From the NCBI RefSeq assembly GCF_001997385.1, contig NZ_CP019633.1, forward strand, positions 1,500,001 to 1,532,000: a DNA stretch of 32,000 nucleotides, given 5' to 3'. Below the pieces are notes generated by a model. That model was not told the DNA's origin. It saw only the letters and a program-made list of their open reading frames with translations, and did no database searches. This stretch comes from Sedimentisphaera cyanobacteriorum. Its GTDB lineage: Bacteria > Planctomycetota > Phycisphaerae > Sedimentisphaerales > Sedimentisphaeraceae. Positions 1 to 9,300 of this stretch are shown here, one piece after another (within the stretch, counting starts at the first letter, position 1; the number at the start of each line of letters is the position of its first letter). Both the position numbers and the translations under genes were made by a program.

Positions 1-742
1 TTGTCTGCTCGTCCATACCCATCCATTCGGTAAAAATCTGTGTTGAGGCCTCTGTTTCCCTTGCATTGCCTTTCTTATTGCTCAGCGCCCAGACTACTGG
101 ATATTTTGCGTTTTCATCTTCAATTGTAATCTCAATTTCTGCTTCTGAGAGCTCAATCTTCTTTGGCTCAATAATATTCGGCCATTTCGGGCCGTAAGGG
201 CCCGGGACAGTAAGCTTTGCGGGGTCAACCGCTGAAACGAGCGTTCTTGCCTTGGCAGCTGAGGTTGAGAGCTGTGAATTATCACTGCTGTTAGCAAAGT
301 CGCCTGAGCTTCCTTGGCCTTCGTTAATCAGCTCATCAATGAGCAGTTCTGCCTGGCCTTGGGACGTTTCAATATCGAATTCGCCTGTCTGAACGTAATG
401 TTCATAACGTTCGGATTTACGCTGAGCAAGGGTTTCGGCAAATTGAGAAAGCATATACTCGTACTGCTCTGTATCCTGCATAAACAAATCAGAGAAGTCC
501 GGGAGGTATCTTCTGCTTTTCAGCTTAAGGTCAACGCTGTTGTTGAATCGATTCTCGGCGTATCTGGTTGCTGAGTCGCAGGCATAATTGGCCTTCATAT
601 AGTTTACAATGTAGTTGTGGCGTCTTTCCCGCGAAAGAAGCTTGGATACAGTAACATAGCTCATCGAAACAAGAACGGCCATAGCCATCATTGTAATGAT
701 AAGAGCAGCTGCTTTTCTGTTTCCAGTGCTTTGCCTTTTCAT
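1..742 (-). CDS. gspK: T2SS minor pseudopilin GspK-like protein, partial (N-terminal 247 codons; 3' end lies beyond the left window edge)
   Basis: I checked the minus-strand frame by hand. It has no stop from 742 down to position 2, so it is missing from the ORF track. The ATG at 742..740 overlaps the TGA of the upstream gene (ATGA). The N-terminus is MKRQSTGNRKAAALIITMMAMAVLVSMS: a basic leader plus hydrophobic helix with no Glu at +5, as expected for GspK. It sits directly after the gspJ-like gene. The three short track ORFs here (94..297, 314..574, 531..818) are out-of-frame shadows. Confidence 0.55.
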   Translation of the reverse strand, partial: MKRQSTGNRKAAALIITMMAMAVLVSMSYVTVSKLLSRERRHNYIVNYMKANYACDSATRYAENRFNNSVDLKLKSRRYLPDFSDLFMQDTEQYEYMLSQFAETLAQRKSERYEHYVQTGEFDIETSQGQAELLIDELINEGQGSSGDFANSSDNSQLSTSAAKARTLVSAVDPAKLTVPGPYGPKWPNIIEPKKIELSEAEIEITIEDENAKYPVVWALSNKKGNARETEASTQIFTEWMGMDEQT

Positions 743-1581
743 TCTCTGCTCTCTGTTCTCTCAGACTCACTTTCTTGACGGTCAGATTCGGAAGCGGGTA
801 TTTCCGGATTGTCTTCACGGCTCACATCTTCCTGTTCAGCAGAATCCTGCTCGCTTTCAGATTCCTCCTGACCTTCTTCGAGAAGCTCCTCATACTCTGC
901 TTCGAGGTCTTTCTCTACAAACTTGAAGTCGTAGTTTCTCGCCCTGCTCACAGAGACTGTTCTGTAAAATCTGTCTTCCTCTGGTACAACCACCTCGCCT
1001 GTTATAAGCTCCACGGGCGGATCGAATGATACGCCAATAAACATCGCTCCTGGCATATCATCATCTTTCCACTCGTCAAGAAGTTTATCGTTATCGTAGG
1101 CCTGCAGGCTGAAGTATGTAGCGCCGGTAGTTACCGGCACATAGATCTCTCTTTCCGGGTTCTGCTTCTGTTCAGTGCTTACTACGCTGTCTTCAAGCTG
1201 CATTCCGCTTCTGCTTCTGTATATAACGAATGTGCCGAGCATTACATCAAAATCACTCTGCCAGACTACCTTCTTGAAAACATCCTTCTGGTTAGAAGTA
1301 GTATTAAAGTAGTTTGTCATTTCAAATCTGTAGAGCAGGCCTTCAGGGGTATTCTTAGATTCAAGCTTGAAAGTTACGTTTTCTCCTTCAGCAGCAAATT
1401 CATTTATGTCTTCTGCGATCTTCTGGAGAATTTCCTGAGATCTTGTGCTTGCGTCCAGCTCGGTATTAATAGTTTTCAGCGTATTCTGGGAGGCATACAA
1501 AAGCGTTACCATGGTAATCAGAATAATAGAAGTAACAGCGAGAGCTGCGAGAAGCTCGAGAAGTGTAAGCCCTTTTCTCAT
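739..1581 (-). CDS. gspJ: T2SS minor pseudopilin, GspJ-like, with an acidic low-complexity C-terminal tail
   Basis: 280 aa. The N-terminus MRKGLTLLELLAALAVTSIILI carries the prepilin cleavage/methylation motif (G|LTLLE, Glu+5) followed by a hydrophobic helix. Both gene junctions are 4-bp ATGA overlaps. It is the third pseudopilin after gspG. The last ~58 aa are almost entirely E/D/S/Q. Confidence 0.7.
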   Translation of the reverse strand: MRKGLTLLELLAALAVTSIILITMVTLLYASQNTLKTINTELDASTRSQEILQKIAEDINEFAAEGENVTFKLESKNTPEGLLYRFEMTNYFNTTSNQKDVFKKVVWQSDFDVMLGTFVIYRSRSGMQLEDSVVSTEQKQNPEREIYVPVTTGATYFSLQAYDNDKLLDEWKDDDMPGAMFIGVSFDPPVELITGEVVVPEEDRFYRTVSVSRARNYDFKFVEKDLEAEYEELLEEGQEESESEQDSAEQEDVSREDNPEIPASESDRQESESERTESRE

Positions 1582-2225
1582 TCCTGCCCTCCGAACATAT
1601 CATTTACTTCATCTTTAAGATCCTCAAAATTACTCTGGGACTGACCCCGCCCTGAAGCTGAATCCTGCTGAGAGCCGCTGCTATCCTCGTCATTGTCCTG
1701 CTTGCCCTGTTCATCAGCCTTCGATTGCTCGGAGCTTTCGTCCTGCTGCGCCTCATACTCAGCGTCTTCTTCTGAAAGCTGGTCTAAATACTCCTGCTCT
1801 AATTGACGCTGCTCTTCAAGCTGTTGTGATTCCCTCATACTCAGCTTTGCAAGCCAGTTCTCCAGTTCCACGCTCTCGAGCTCATTCTCGCTGTTGTAAT
1901 ATTCTACCACAGAAAAAGCCATCACCCACTGCTGGTCTGTATCGGGAAAGGTTTTCACCTCATAGCCCATCTCCCAGCTGAGATTCGTATTGTATTCATC
2001 CACCCCGCTCTCAACATACTCACGCACATTACTTTCTGCAAGGAGATATTCCATATTCTCCCTCGCAAGCTTAACCGCTTCCTGCTCAAGACGCATATCT
2101 GTCATAGAATTAATGCAGTTGGAGATGGTAACCATAACTCCCGTGGTTACGATTCCCATCACAAACAAGGCTGCCATCGATTCAAGCAGTGTAAAGGCTT
2201 TTGTGTTTTGGCTTAAAGTTTTCAT
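1578..2225 (-). CDS. gspI: T2SS minor pseudopilin, GspI-like, with a long acidic/Gln-rich C-terminal tail
   Basis: The N-terminus MKTLSQNTKAFTLLESMAALFVMGIV has the prepilin motif (A|FTLLE). I prefer the ATG at 2225 over the track's TTG at 2228, because it forms a TGATG overlap with the gspH-like stop. The assignment as I is positional. Confidence 0.65.
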   Translation of the reverse strand: MKTLSQNTKAFTLLESMAALFVMGIVTTGVMVTISNCINSMTDMRLEQEAVKLARENMEYLLAESNVREYVESGVDEYNTNLSWEMGYEVKTFPDTDQQWVMAFSVVEYYNSENELESVELENWLAKLSMRESQQLEEQRQLEQEYLDQLSEEDAEYEAQQDESSEQSKADEQGKQDNDEDSSGSQQDSASGRGQSQSNFEDLKDEVNDMFGGQE

Positions 2226-2791
2226 CAAAAACTCAAATCATAAGCAGGCTCTAAAAGCTGAGGGTCGCCATCGACCAGCTCAGGATTGTTTCCGAGTCTG
2301 TTTACTACAATAGAATGAAGTTTTCCTTCAATATCGGAAAGAACTACCTTCCCGCCGTAATCCCAGCCCCCTTTGCCAACAAGAAACAGCGCTTTGCCCT
2401 GCTCTGATGTGCTGTCTATGTATTCGCCGTCGTCGAACTGGACATAAAGAAGCTCGCAGTATTCATTGAAGCTGCGTGATTCGATTATGTCCTCTTCTCT
2501 AAGTGTTTCAAAGCCCTTGCTGTAGGGCTGATCTGTATTTATCTCATAAAGAACGTATTCGAAATTGATAAAATCAAACATAACGCCGTATCGCCGGCCG
2601 GACTGCGAGGATGCAATTGAAGCTTCTCTAAAGGTTTCGAGAATATGATAAGCCTGCCTCTGAAACCGCGCGCTTGTTGAAAGTGTGCTTGAGACATAGA
2701 TAACGATCCCTGTTATAAGCCCCACCACCACAAGGCACATAATCATTTCAACAAGGGAAAAACCGAAGCTGTTTTTCGGGGATACCTTCAT
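2225..2791 (-). CDS. gspH: T2SS minor pseudopilin, GspH-like
   Basis: MKVSPKNSFGFSLVEMIMCLVVVGLITGIV has the prepilin motif G|FSLVE plus a transmembrane helix. The ATG at 2791 follows a GGTGAG Shine-Dalgarno sequence; the track ORF starts at a GTG at 2806. It is the first pseudopilin gene after gspG. Confidence 0.65.
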   Translation of the reverse strand: MKVSPKNSFGFSLVEMIMCLVVVGLITGIVIYVSSTLSTSARFQRQAYHILETFREASIASSQSGRRYGVMFDFINFEYVLYEINTDQPYSKGFETLREEDIIESRSFNEYCELLYVQFDDGEYIDSTSEQGKALFLVGKGGWDYGGKVVLSDIEGKLHSIVVNRLGNNPELVDGDPQLLEPAYDLSF

Positions 2792-2885
2792 AATCTCACC
2801 GCTCACCGGCCGCCCGAAAAACGTTTCCCGCAGTTAGCATCTGCCGAGACTCAGAATTCGGGGACAAGGCATTATCAGCTCTGTT

Positions 2886-3320
2886 TCAGTTGGCGTCTGT
2901 GGAATAAAGGTCTGCATCGTAGCCCTCTCCGCCTGCTTCGCCGTCGGCTCCGAAGCTGATTATCACAAACGGCTTGCCGCTCTCGGGGTATTCCTGATAG
3001 AAGAAATCATTACCCCACGCATCAGTCGGGAGGTCGGTAGTCTGGAGGTATCCGCCGGGATTCCAGCCCTGGACATCTGCCGGCTCTTCCACAAGCACGC
3101 TCAGCCCTTCATCGGCAGAAGGATATCTTCCTGTATCAAGCTTGAACTGCGAAACCGCATTATGAAGCATCTTGAGATTGGCCTTTGTCTGCTTAACTCT
3201 GGCCTTGTCTGTCTGGGCGAGGAAGTTCTGGGCAACAATCGCTGTGAGCAGGCCGATGATAATCAGCGCTGCCATAACCTCAACGAGAGAGAAGCCTTTA
3301 TTCATTTTCCTTTTTTTCAT
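2886..3320 (-). CDS. gspG: T2SS major pseudopilin GspG
   Basis: 144 aa. The leader MKKRKMNKG|FSLVEVMAALIIIGLLTAIV is followed by the family-typical C-terminal region WGNDFFY...ISFGADGEAGGEGYDADLYS (Ca-binding loop region). An AAGGAG Shine-Dalgarno sequence lies upstream. Confidence 0.9.
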   Translation of the reverse strand: MKKRKMNKGFSLVEVMAALIIIGLLTAIVAQNFLAQTDKARVKQTKANLKMLHNAVSQFKLDTGRYPSADEGLSVLVEEPADVQGWNPGGYLQTTDLPTDAWGNDFFYQEYPESGKPFVIISFGADGEAGGEGYDADLYSTDAN

Positions 3321-3365
3321 TTTATATACTCCTTTTTGTTAATTTTAATGCATAATTACACTGCG

Positions 3366-4580
3366 TTAAATCTGCCCTGTTGTAAACCTTACAATCGGGA
3401 GAATCATCGCAAGGGCAAGAGTAGCAATGCCGGCTGCTATAAATATAATAATCACCGGCTCAACTATTGCATTTAGTCTTTCAATAAATGTGTCTGTGGA
3501 TGCTTCAAGCTTCTGCCCCACATTCTGGAGCATAAGTTCGAGCTCGCCGCTTTTCTCGCCGACCTCCACCATATGGGCAGTTGTTCTGTCGAGGATGCCG
3601 CTGTCTTTAAGCGGAGCGGCAATGCTTGAGCCTGTCATAATCCTGTCTCTTGATTCGCCTATAGCCTTCACCATCACCATATTACCTGTAACATCGGAAA
3701 CCACCTTGAGCGATTCAGCTACAGGCAGCCCCGAACGAAGCAGCTCCGAGAGCGTCATGGCAAAGCGTGCAGCAATGCTCTCACGCATAAGCTTGCCAGT
3801 AACAGGCATATTAACAATGAGCCTGTCGAAAAAGAGCTTACCCCTGTTTGTTTTCAAGATATACTTTAACAGAAGCCCAATCAGCACAATTACGGTTACA
3901 ATCGCAAGGTCGGCTTTGAGATTAGTAATCACCTCGCTCACTGCAATAACTCCCTTGGTAACAGCGGGCAGTTCCTGATCCATCTTCTGGAGCTGAGTGG
4001 CCATTTTTGGAATCACAAAGCTTGTAAAGAAGATCATAAGCCCGATTCCGAACGTAACGAGGATTGCAGGGTATATCATAGCAGTTGCAAGACGAGCCTG
4101 CATCTTCTGACGCTTTTCCATAAAATTTGCAACAGAAGCAAGGTTCTCCGCAAATCGGCCAGTATATTCGCCCACCCTTGCCATATTCACGTAAATCACA
4201 TCGAAATACTGGGGATAATCTCTAACCGCCTCTGCAAAAGATTCTCCGCTTACCACCCTCTCTCGTATATCGGAAAGGGCATTCTTAAAACCCTTATGAG
4301 ACTGCTGCTCGGTGAGCACTGCAATCGCATCTGTAAGCTTGATGCCGGATTTGAGCAGAAGAGAAAGCTCTTTGGAAAATTCACCTACAAGCTTTGAAGG
4401 ATTTGTGGGCTTGAGACTGAAACCCTCACTGCTGCCTTCCCCTCTCACTTCTTCCACCTTTAGCGGATGAAGCCCGCGGTTTCTAAGCTGCTTTCGGGCA
4501 TCGTAGGAGTTCTCCGCAGAAACCGTTCCTTTCTGTTTCTTGCTGCTTTGGTTGTAGGCAGTATAACTGTAGCGAGGCAT
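3366..4580 (-). CDS. gspF: T2SS inner-membrane platform protein GspF
   Basis: 404 aa with the duplicated GspF/PilC-type architecture: two cytoplasmic helical domains, each followed by transmembrane segments. It lies between gspE and gspG. A GGAGAA Shine-Dalgarno sequence lies upstream. Confidence 0.9.
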   Translation of the reverse strand: MPRYSYTAYNQSSKKQKGTVSAENSYDARKQLRNRGLHPLKVEEVRGEGSSEGFSLKPTNPSKLVGEFSKELSLLLKSGIKLTDAIAVLTEQQSHKGFKNALSDIRERVVSGESFAEAVRDYPQYFDVIYVNMARVGEYTGRFAENLASVANFMEKRQKMQARLATAMIYPAILVTFGIGLMIFFTSFVIPKMATQLQKMDQELPAVTKGVIAVSEVITNLKADLAIVTVIVLIGLLLKYILKTNRGKLFFDRLIVNMPVTGKLMRESIAARFAMTLSELLRSGLPVAESLKVVSDVTGNMVMVKAIGESRDRIMTGSSIAAPLKDSGILDRTTAHMVEVGEKSGELELMLQNVGQKLEASTDTFIERLNAIVEPVIIIFIAAGIATLALAMILPIVRFTTGQI

Positions 4581-4594
4581 AAGATTCTCCGGTA

Positions 4595-6292
4595 TTAAAG
4601 CAGGTCAGTTTGTGTTACCCTGAGAACTTCTGATATTGTCGTATCGCCGGCCATTACCTTCATCGCACCATCCATTCGAAGCGTTTTGAGCCCCTGCTCG
4701 ACAGCCTTCTTCTTGAGAACCCCCGCAGGGAGGTTGTCCGAAACCATACTGCGCAGCTCCTCATTTACCACTAAAAGCTCGTAAAGCCCGATCCTGCCGC
4801 GGTAGCCGGTGTTGAAGCATTTCTCGCAGCCCTCGCCCATATAAAAATGGGTGTCTGTGGATTCGCTCAGGCCAAGCTCGCGAAGCTCGTGAGACTTTGG
4901 GCGATACTCCACTCTGCAGCTCGGGCAGATTCTTCTTGCAAGCCTCTGGGCCATTATTGCGATTATCGAAGAGCTCACCAGATACGGCTCTACGCCCAAA
5001 TCGATAAGCCTGCTCATAGAGCTTGCCGAATCGTTGGTATGCAGAGTGCTGAAAACCAGATGGCCTGTAAGCGAAGACTGAATGGCCATTCTCGCTGTCT
5101 GCTCATCACGCACCTCACCCACCATAATAACATCAGGATCCTGCCTGAGGATATGGCGAAGGGCGTTTGCGAAGGTCATCCCCTTTTTCTCTGATACCTG
5201 CATCTGGCTGATGCCTTCCAGCTGGTATTCGATTGGATTTTCCACTGTCATAATATTTTTCTCGGAGGAATTGATCATCTGCAGGGCCGCGTAGAGGCTG
5301 GTGCTCTTACCGCTTCCCGTTGGGCCGGTAACAAATATCACTCCGTGAGATTTCTTGAGCAGCTGATCGAATGTTTTGAGGTCTTCGCCGATAAAGCCGA
5401 GGTCCTCAAGCTGCAGAACACCCTTGGACTTATCAAGGATACGAAGCACGCATCGCTCGCCGTAGGCAGTGGGCACTGTGCTTACACGAAGGTCTATCTC
5501 TCGCTGGCCGAGCCTTACGGCTGTTCGCCCGTCTTGGGGCAGACGTCGTTCGGCGATGTCCATCCCCGCCATAACCTTGATACGCGAGATTATAAGCGGA
5601 AGTACGTTGCGGTTTAGGCTTAGGCTGTCGTAGAGGATCCCGTCTATGCGATAGCGAATCTGGATTTTGTTTTCGAACGGGTGGATGTGTATATCGCTCG
5701 CACGCATCTGAAGGGCTCGGAAGAATATATCATTGACAAGCCTAATCACCGGCGGACGGTTTACAACGTCCAGAAGGTCGTCTGAGCTGGAAACCTCGTT
5801 TACAAGATTGTCCAGATTCTGGGAATCAAGCTCTTCGGCAACCTCCTCAGCAACGCTGCTTTTCTGCTCGTAGGCCTCGTCGATGGCTGCTGTTATGTTT
5901 GTTTTTGTGGCAACTGCCGGCTCCACTTCCATCCCCGTCATACGGGAGACGTTGTCGTACACCTCGAAATTCAGCGGCTGGAAGCTTATCACTCGAAGCA
6001 TCCCTTCCCCGCCGCCGGAATCAGCTACAACATAATGATTCTGGGCATAAACCGCCGGAACATTATCGACGAATTCCGCCGGCACATCAGCAGGACGTAT
6101 CTCTTCTACAAAAGGCATATCAAGAGCCTCTGCAAAGAGCTTGAGAACCGATTCTTCTGTGAAGTTATGACAGCCCAGAACAAGGTCGTCTATACGGCGC
6201 GGGTCCCCGGAATTCTCTCCGAGATAACGCTCAAGAAGCTCCCCGTCAACTATCCCTGTTTCTCTGGCTTTGTTTACTAATAATTCTTTCAT
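4595..6292 (-). CDS. gspE: T2SS assembly ATPase GspE
   Basis: 565 aa. Motifs: Walker A GPTGSGKST, Walker B/Asp box ILRQDPDVIMVGEVRD, His box TGHLVFSTLHTND, and a tetracysteine cluster CPSC...CEKC. Confidence 0.95.
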   Translation of the reverse strand: MKELLVNKARETGIVDGELLERYLGENSGDPRRIDDLVLGCHNFTEESVLKLFAEALDMPFVEEIRPADVPAEFVDNVPAVYAQNHYVVADSGGGEGMLRVISFQPLNFEVYDNVSRMTGMEVEPAVATKTNITAAIDEAYEQKSSVAEEVAEELDSQNLDNLVNEVSSSDDLLDVVNRPPVIRLVNDIFFRALQMRASDIHIHPFENKIQIRYRIDGILYDSLSLNRNVLPLIISRIKVMAGMDIAERRLPQDGRTAVRLGQREIDLRVSTVPTAYGERCVLRILDKSKGVLQLEDLGFIGEDLKTFDQLLKKSHGVIFVTGPTGSGKSTSLYAALQMINSSEKNIMTVENPIEYQLEGISQMQVSEKKGMTFANALRHILRQDPDVIMVGEVRDEQTARMAIQSSLTGHLVFSTLHTNDSASSMSRLIDLGVEPYLVSSSIIAIMAQRLARRICPSCRVEYRPKSHELRELGLSESTDTHFYMGEGCEKCFNTGYRGRIGLYELLVVNEELRSMVSDNLPAGVLKKKAVEQGLKTLRMDGAMKVMAGDTTISEVLRVTQTDLL

Positions 6293-6354
6293 ACTGTCTA
6301 ATAGCTGCTTTCAATTAATCTGATGCAGGCTTTTTCCAAAAAGATTAGCCCTAT

Positions 6355-6370
6355 AGACTCTTGAGAGTCT
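6355..6370 (-). other. Intercistronic hairpin directly abutting the gspD stop codon
   Basis: AGACTC-ttga-GAGTCT is a perfect 6-bp stem with a 4-nt loop, adjacent to the TAG at 6371..6373. No U-tract follows, so it is not a canonical terminator. Confidence 0.3.
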
Positions 6371-9300
6371 CTATTCCATTTCGAGAACCTTCTCAGGAGC
6401 CATTTGCTCGCTTTCCAAACCCGGGAAATCCTGATATTTATGGAAATTCTGCTCAGCTTCTTCAAACGATTCACGCTGAAGCTCAGACTGCTCTAAGAGA
6501 TCATCCAGGCCTGTTTCCGTACCGGTTGTAGGTCTCAGGATATTAGCTTTAACAAAAACATAGAGTTTGGATTGGTCATCGCTGTTGCTCACAGTTTTAA
6601 AGAGCGCTCCTACTAACGGGAGATCACCCAATATCGGAACCTTGCTTCCGCCCTTGCCCTGATTTATCGAAATCAGACCGCCAAGAATAATTGTGCTGCT
6701 GTCGGGAACTGTAACTACTGTCTTAACGTCGCTTTTAATTTCATCATAAGGCCGCTCGCTGCTAGAGCTTGAAGTAGAATAATCAAAATCAGTACGATTT
6801 ACGTTAATCTCAAGTCTTAGAAGATCACCCTCACTTATATGAGGTGTAATTGTGAGGTTAACACCAGCATTATACGATTCCCAAGTTTGGGATTCCACAG
6901 CAGTGGGGTTTTCATCTCCCACATAATCCGTTTGTGTTTGAGGCTTGTATGTGGTTGTGGTGGTTTCGATGGTACCTTCCTGATTGTCGTTTACAAGCAG
7001 TTTTGGCTTGGCCATAATCCGCCCGTAATTCTTCTTCTGCATAACGGTAAGAAGTGATTGGATATCAGAATCTGAATAAAAACCTTTGAATTTATCGTTT
7101 TCAGTATCCCATCTTCCTTCAAGAAAGTTGCCCAAAGCAACATTACCCGCGTCTATAGGTGCAGAGATAGCACCGCTTGTATCATCGAGCCCGTTTTTGC
7201 TGGCCGCAACATCAAGGTCGTATTCAAATTCATCCTTCTGGCTTACTTCCACAAGCGTAACATCGATGAGCACCTGAGGGCGTTTTTTGTCGAGCTCTGT
7301 AATAAGCTTTTCGATCCAGTCCTGATCCTTCTTGTTTGCATAAACGATAATAGAGTTTGTGCCTTCGTCGCCTGTTATGGTAACTTCGGTATTCCCTGCT
7401 CCTCTGGAGCTGATAGAAGTTTTCTGGATTTTGCCCCTTGAAGAAGATGTTCCGCCGGAGGAGCCCTGTCCTGCAAGGCCTGCCTTTTCGGCCTTATCCT
7501 TTGCGATCCTCTCCACCACTTCCACGAGTGTTTCCTCGATATCCTGCACAGACTGATTCTCAAGCGGATACACCTTCACGGGCGCCGCATCTTCCTCCGG
7601 CTCCGCATCAATATAGCCGATTATCGAATCGATCTTTTCGTGCTGTTCATCTGTAGCATTAACCAGAAGCGAATTGCTCGTTTCGAGCAGAACCACCTGC
7701 GGTTCGTCCTCCAGCACCTCCTTGGCGTCTTCAATCACAGCGGTTGAAGGGCTGTTTGATTTCTGCTGAGTGCTTCCCCGCGGGTTTCTTCTTGCTGCTG
7801 CAAGTCTGCTCTGGGAAGAGTCTTGGCCTGCAACGATTCCGAGCTGCTCGAGGGCATCCAGCACTACCTCCGCCCCGACAAATTCAATATCATACTGCTG
7901 TATCTTGCGAAGATCCTGCTTTGGAACATCGAAGGCCTCAATTAGGCTGTTTACTTCCTCAATCTCATCCTCGGTACCGATCATAAGTATGCGGTTTGTT
8001 CTGTCATCTACATCCAGATAAACGCCTTCAGTTTTCCCCTGGCCTACTGTTGAGGACGAGCTGCCATTTTTTTGGTTCGGGATTATCCTGCCCTTTGAGT
8101 CCCGCCTTACAGGCTGCCGCTGCGAGGAAGAGGATGAGGAAACCGTAACATCCACCGTCCCGAGATTCTGGGCAAGAGCCTCAACCTTATCTACAAGCGA
8201 AGATGCGAGGGTGTATTCGAGCCTTCTGTATTCAAATGTCCTTTTCTCGCCAGCAACATCCACCAGAGACAGCATCTTCTGGATACGAGGCATTCTGTAC
8301 GAATATCCTGTAACGATCAGGCTCTTCGTTTCGGGTAAATCCACAATACTGATGCCCAGCTTCATACTCATCAGCATCTTCTTGGCAGAATCTGTGTTTA
8401 TGTGTTCAAGCTTGAATACCCGCGTTATAATAACATCGCCGGGCTTTACGTCCTCATCACCCTCCACTATTGCAGGGTCGAGCTCTGAGGCCTCATTCTT
8501 GGTAACTATTGTTACAAGATTCCCTCGGCGTGTCATAATGAAGCCGCGGAACTTCAAAACGGATTCAAGCAGGCCGTAAAGGTCTTTAACCTTAATCTTG
8601 CCGTTGTGAACTTTGAGCATTACCTCGCCGCGCACCTTGTTTTGGTCGTAGATGTAGTTCAGGCCGAGCTGCTTGCCTACAAGCTCGATAAGAGATGTAA
8701 TCTCCACCTTTTCCGGCAAGGTAACGCTGAGATTAAGCTGCTTATTTGAATCCGTTATTTCAGGGACATTGAAATCACCCTCAGCTGCCTGTTCAGCAGA
8801 GGGAAGCTGGGTGGCCTGAACGGTACCCCCCGGCTCAATCTGCTTTAATGTCTTACCGTCTGAAGGGGCAGTTTGAGATTCTGCAGTTTGGCGTGAAGGC
8901 TGGGGCTGATTTTGCTGTTCAAATTTTTCCGGATACATCTCTTCAGCTTCTTGACGCTGCTGCCTGGCCTTTTTCAGAAATTCCATGGCCTTTTCCATGG
9001 CCTCTCTGTTTCTCTCCATCGCTTCCCGCTGGTCGGGAGTAAGCTCCTGCTGGTCGGGCTGGGCGTTTTGGTCTTGCTGGGCAGAATTGTTTTGAGCTGT
9101 CTGCCGGGCATCTGCAGCCTGCTGTTCCGGGCTTTGCTGCCCAGCGGCCTGATTCTGTATCGCCCTTGCGCCGGCCTTCTGGGAAGACCGCTCCTGCCTT
9201 GCCCGCATCATCGCTTCATCAAAGGTTTCTCCTTCCTGAAGCTCTATATCGAGCCTCTCAAGAATGCTTTTCTGCCTGTCGGAAATCTCTTCGCTTTCCT

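Noticed and set aside
94-818. Track ORFs 94..297 (-), 314..574 (+) and 531..818 (-) as possible small genes
   Set aside because: A single uninterrupted minus-strand frame (1..742) with a GspK-like N-terminus and an ATGA junction to the upstream pseudopilin explains this region better. The three ORFs have implausible, Cys/His-rich or low-complexity translations.
3427-3978. Long antisense or off-frame ORFs inside confident genes (for example 3427..3978 +, 8912..9376 +, 13301..13801 +, 20847..21281 +, 29648..30391 +, 30855..31259 +)
   Set aside because: They lie entirely within strongly supported genes on the opposite strand. Their composition (Ser/Leu/Arg/Cys-rich) is that of shadow frames, and none has a Shine-Dalgarno sequence or recognisable motifs.
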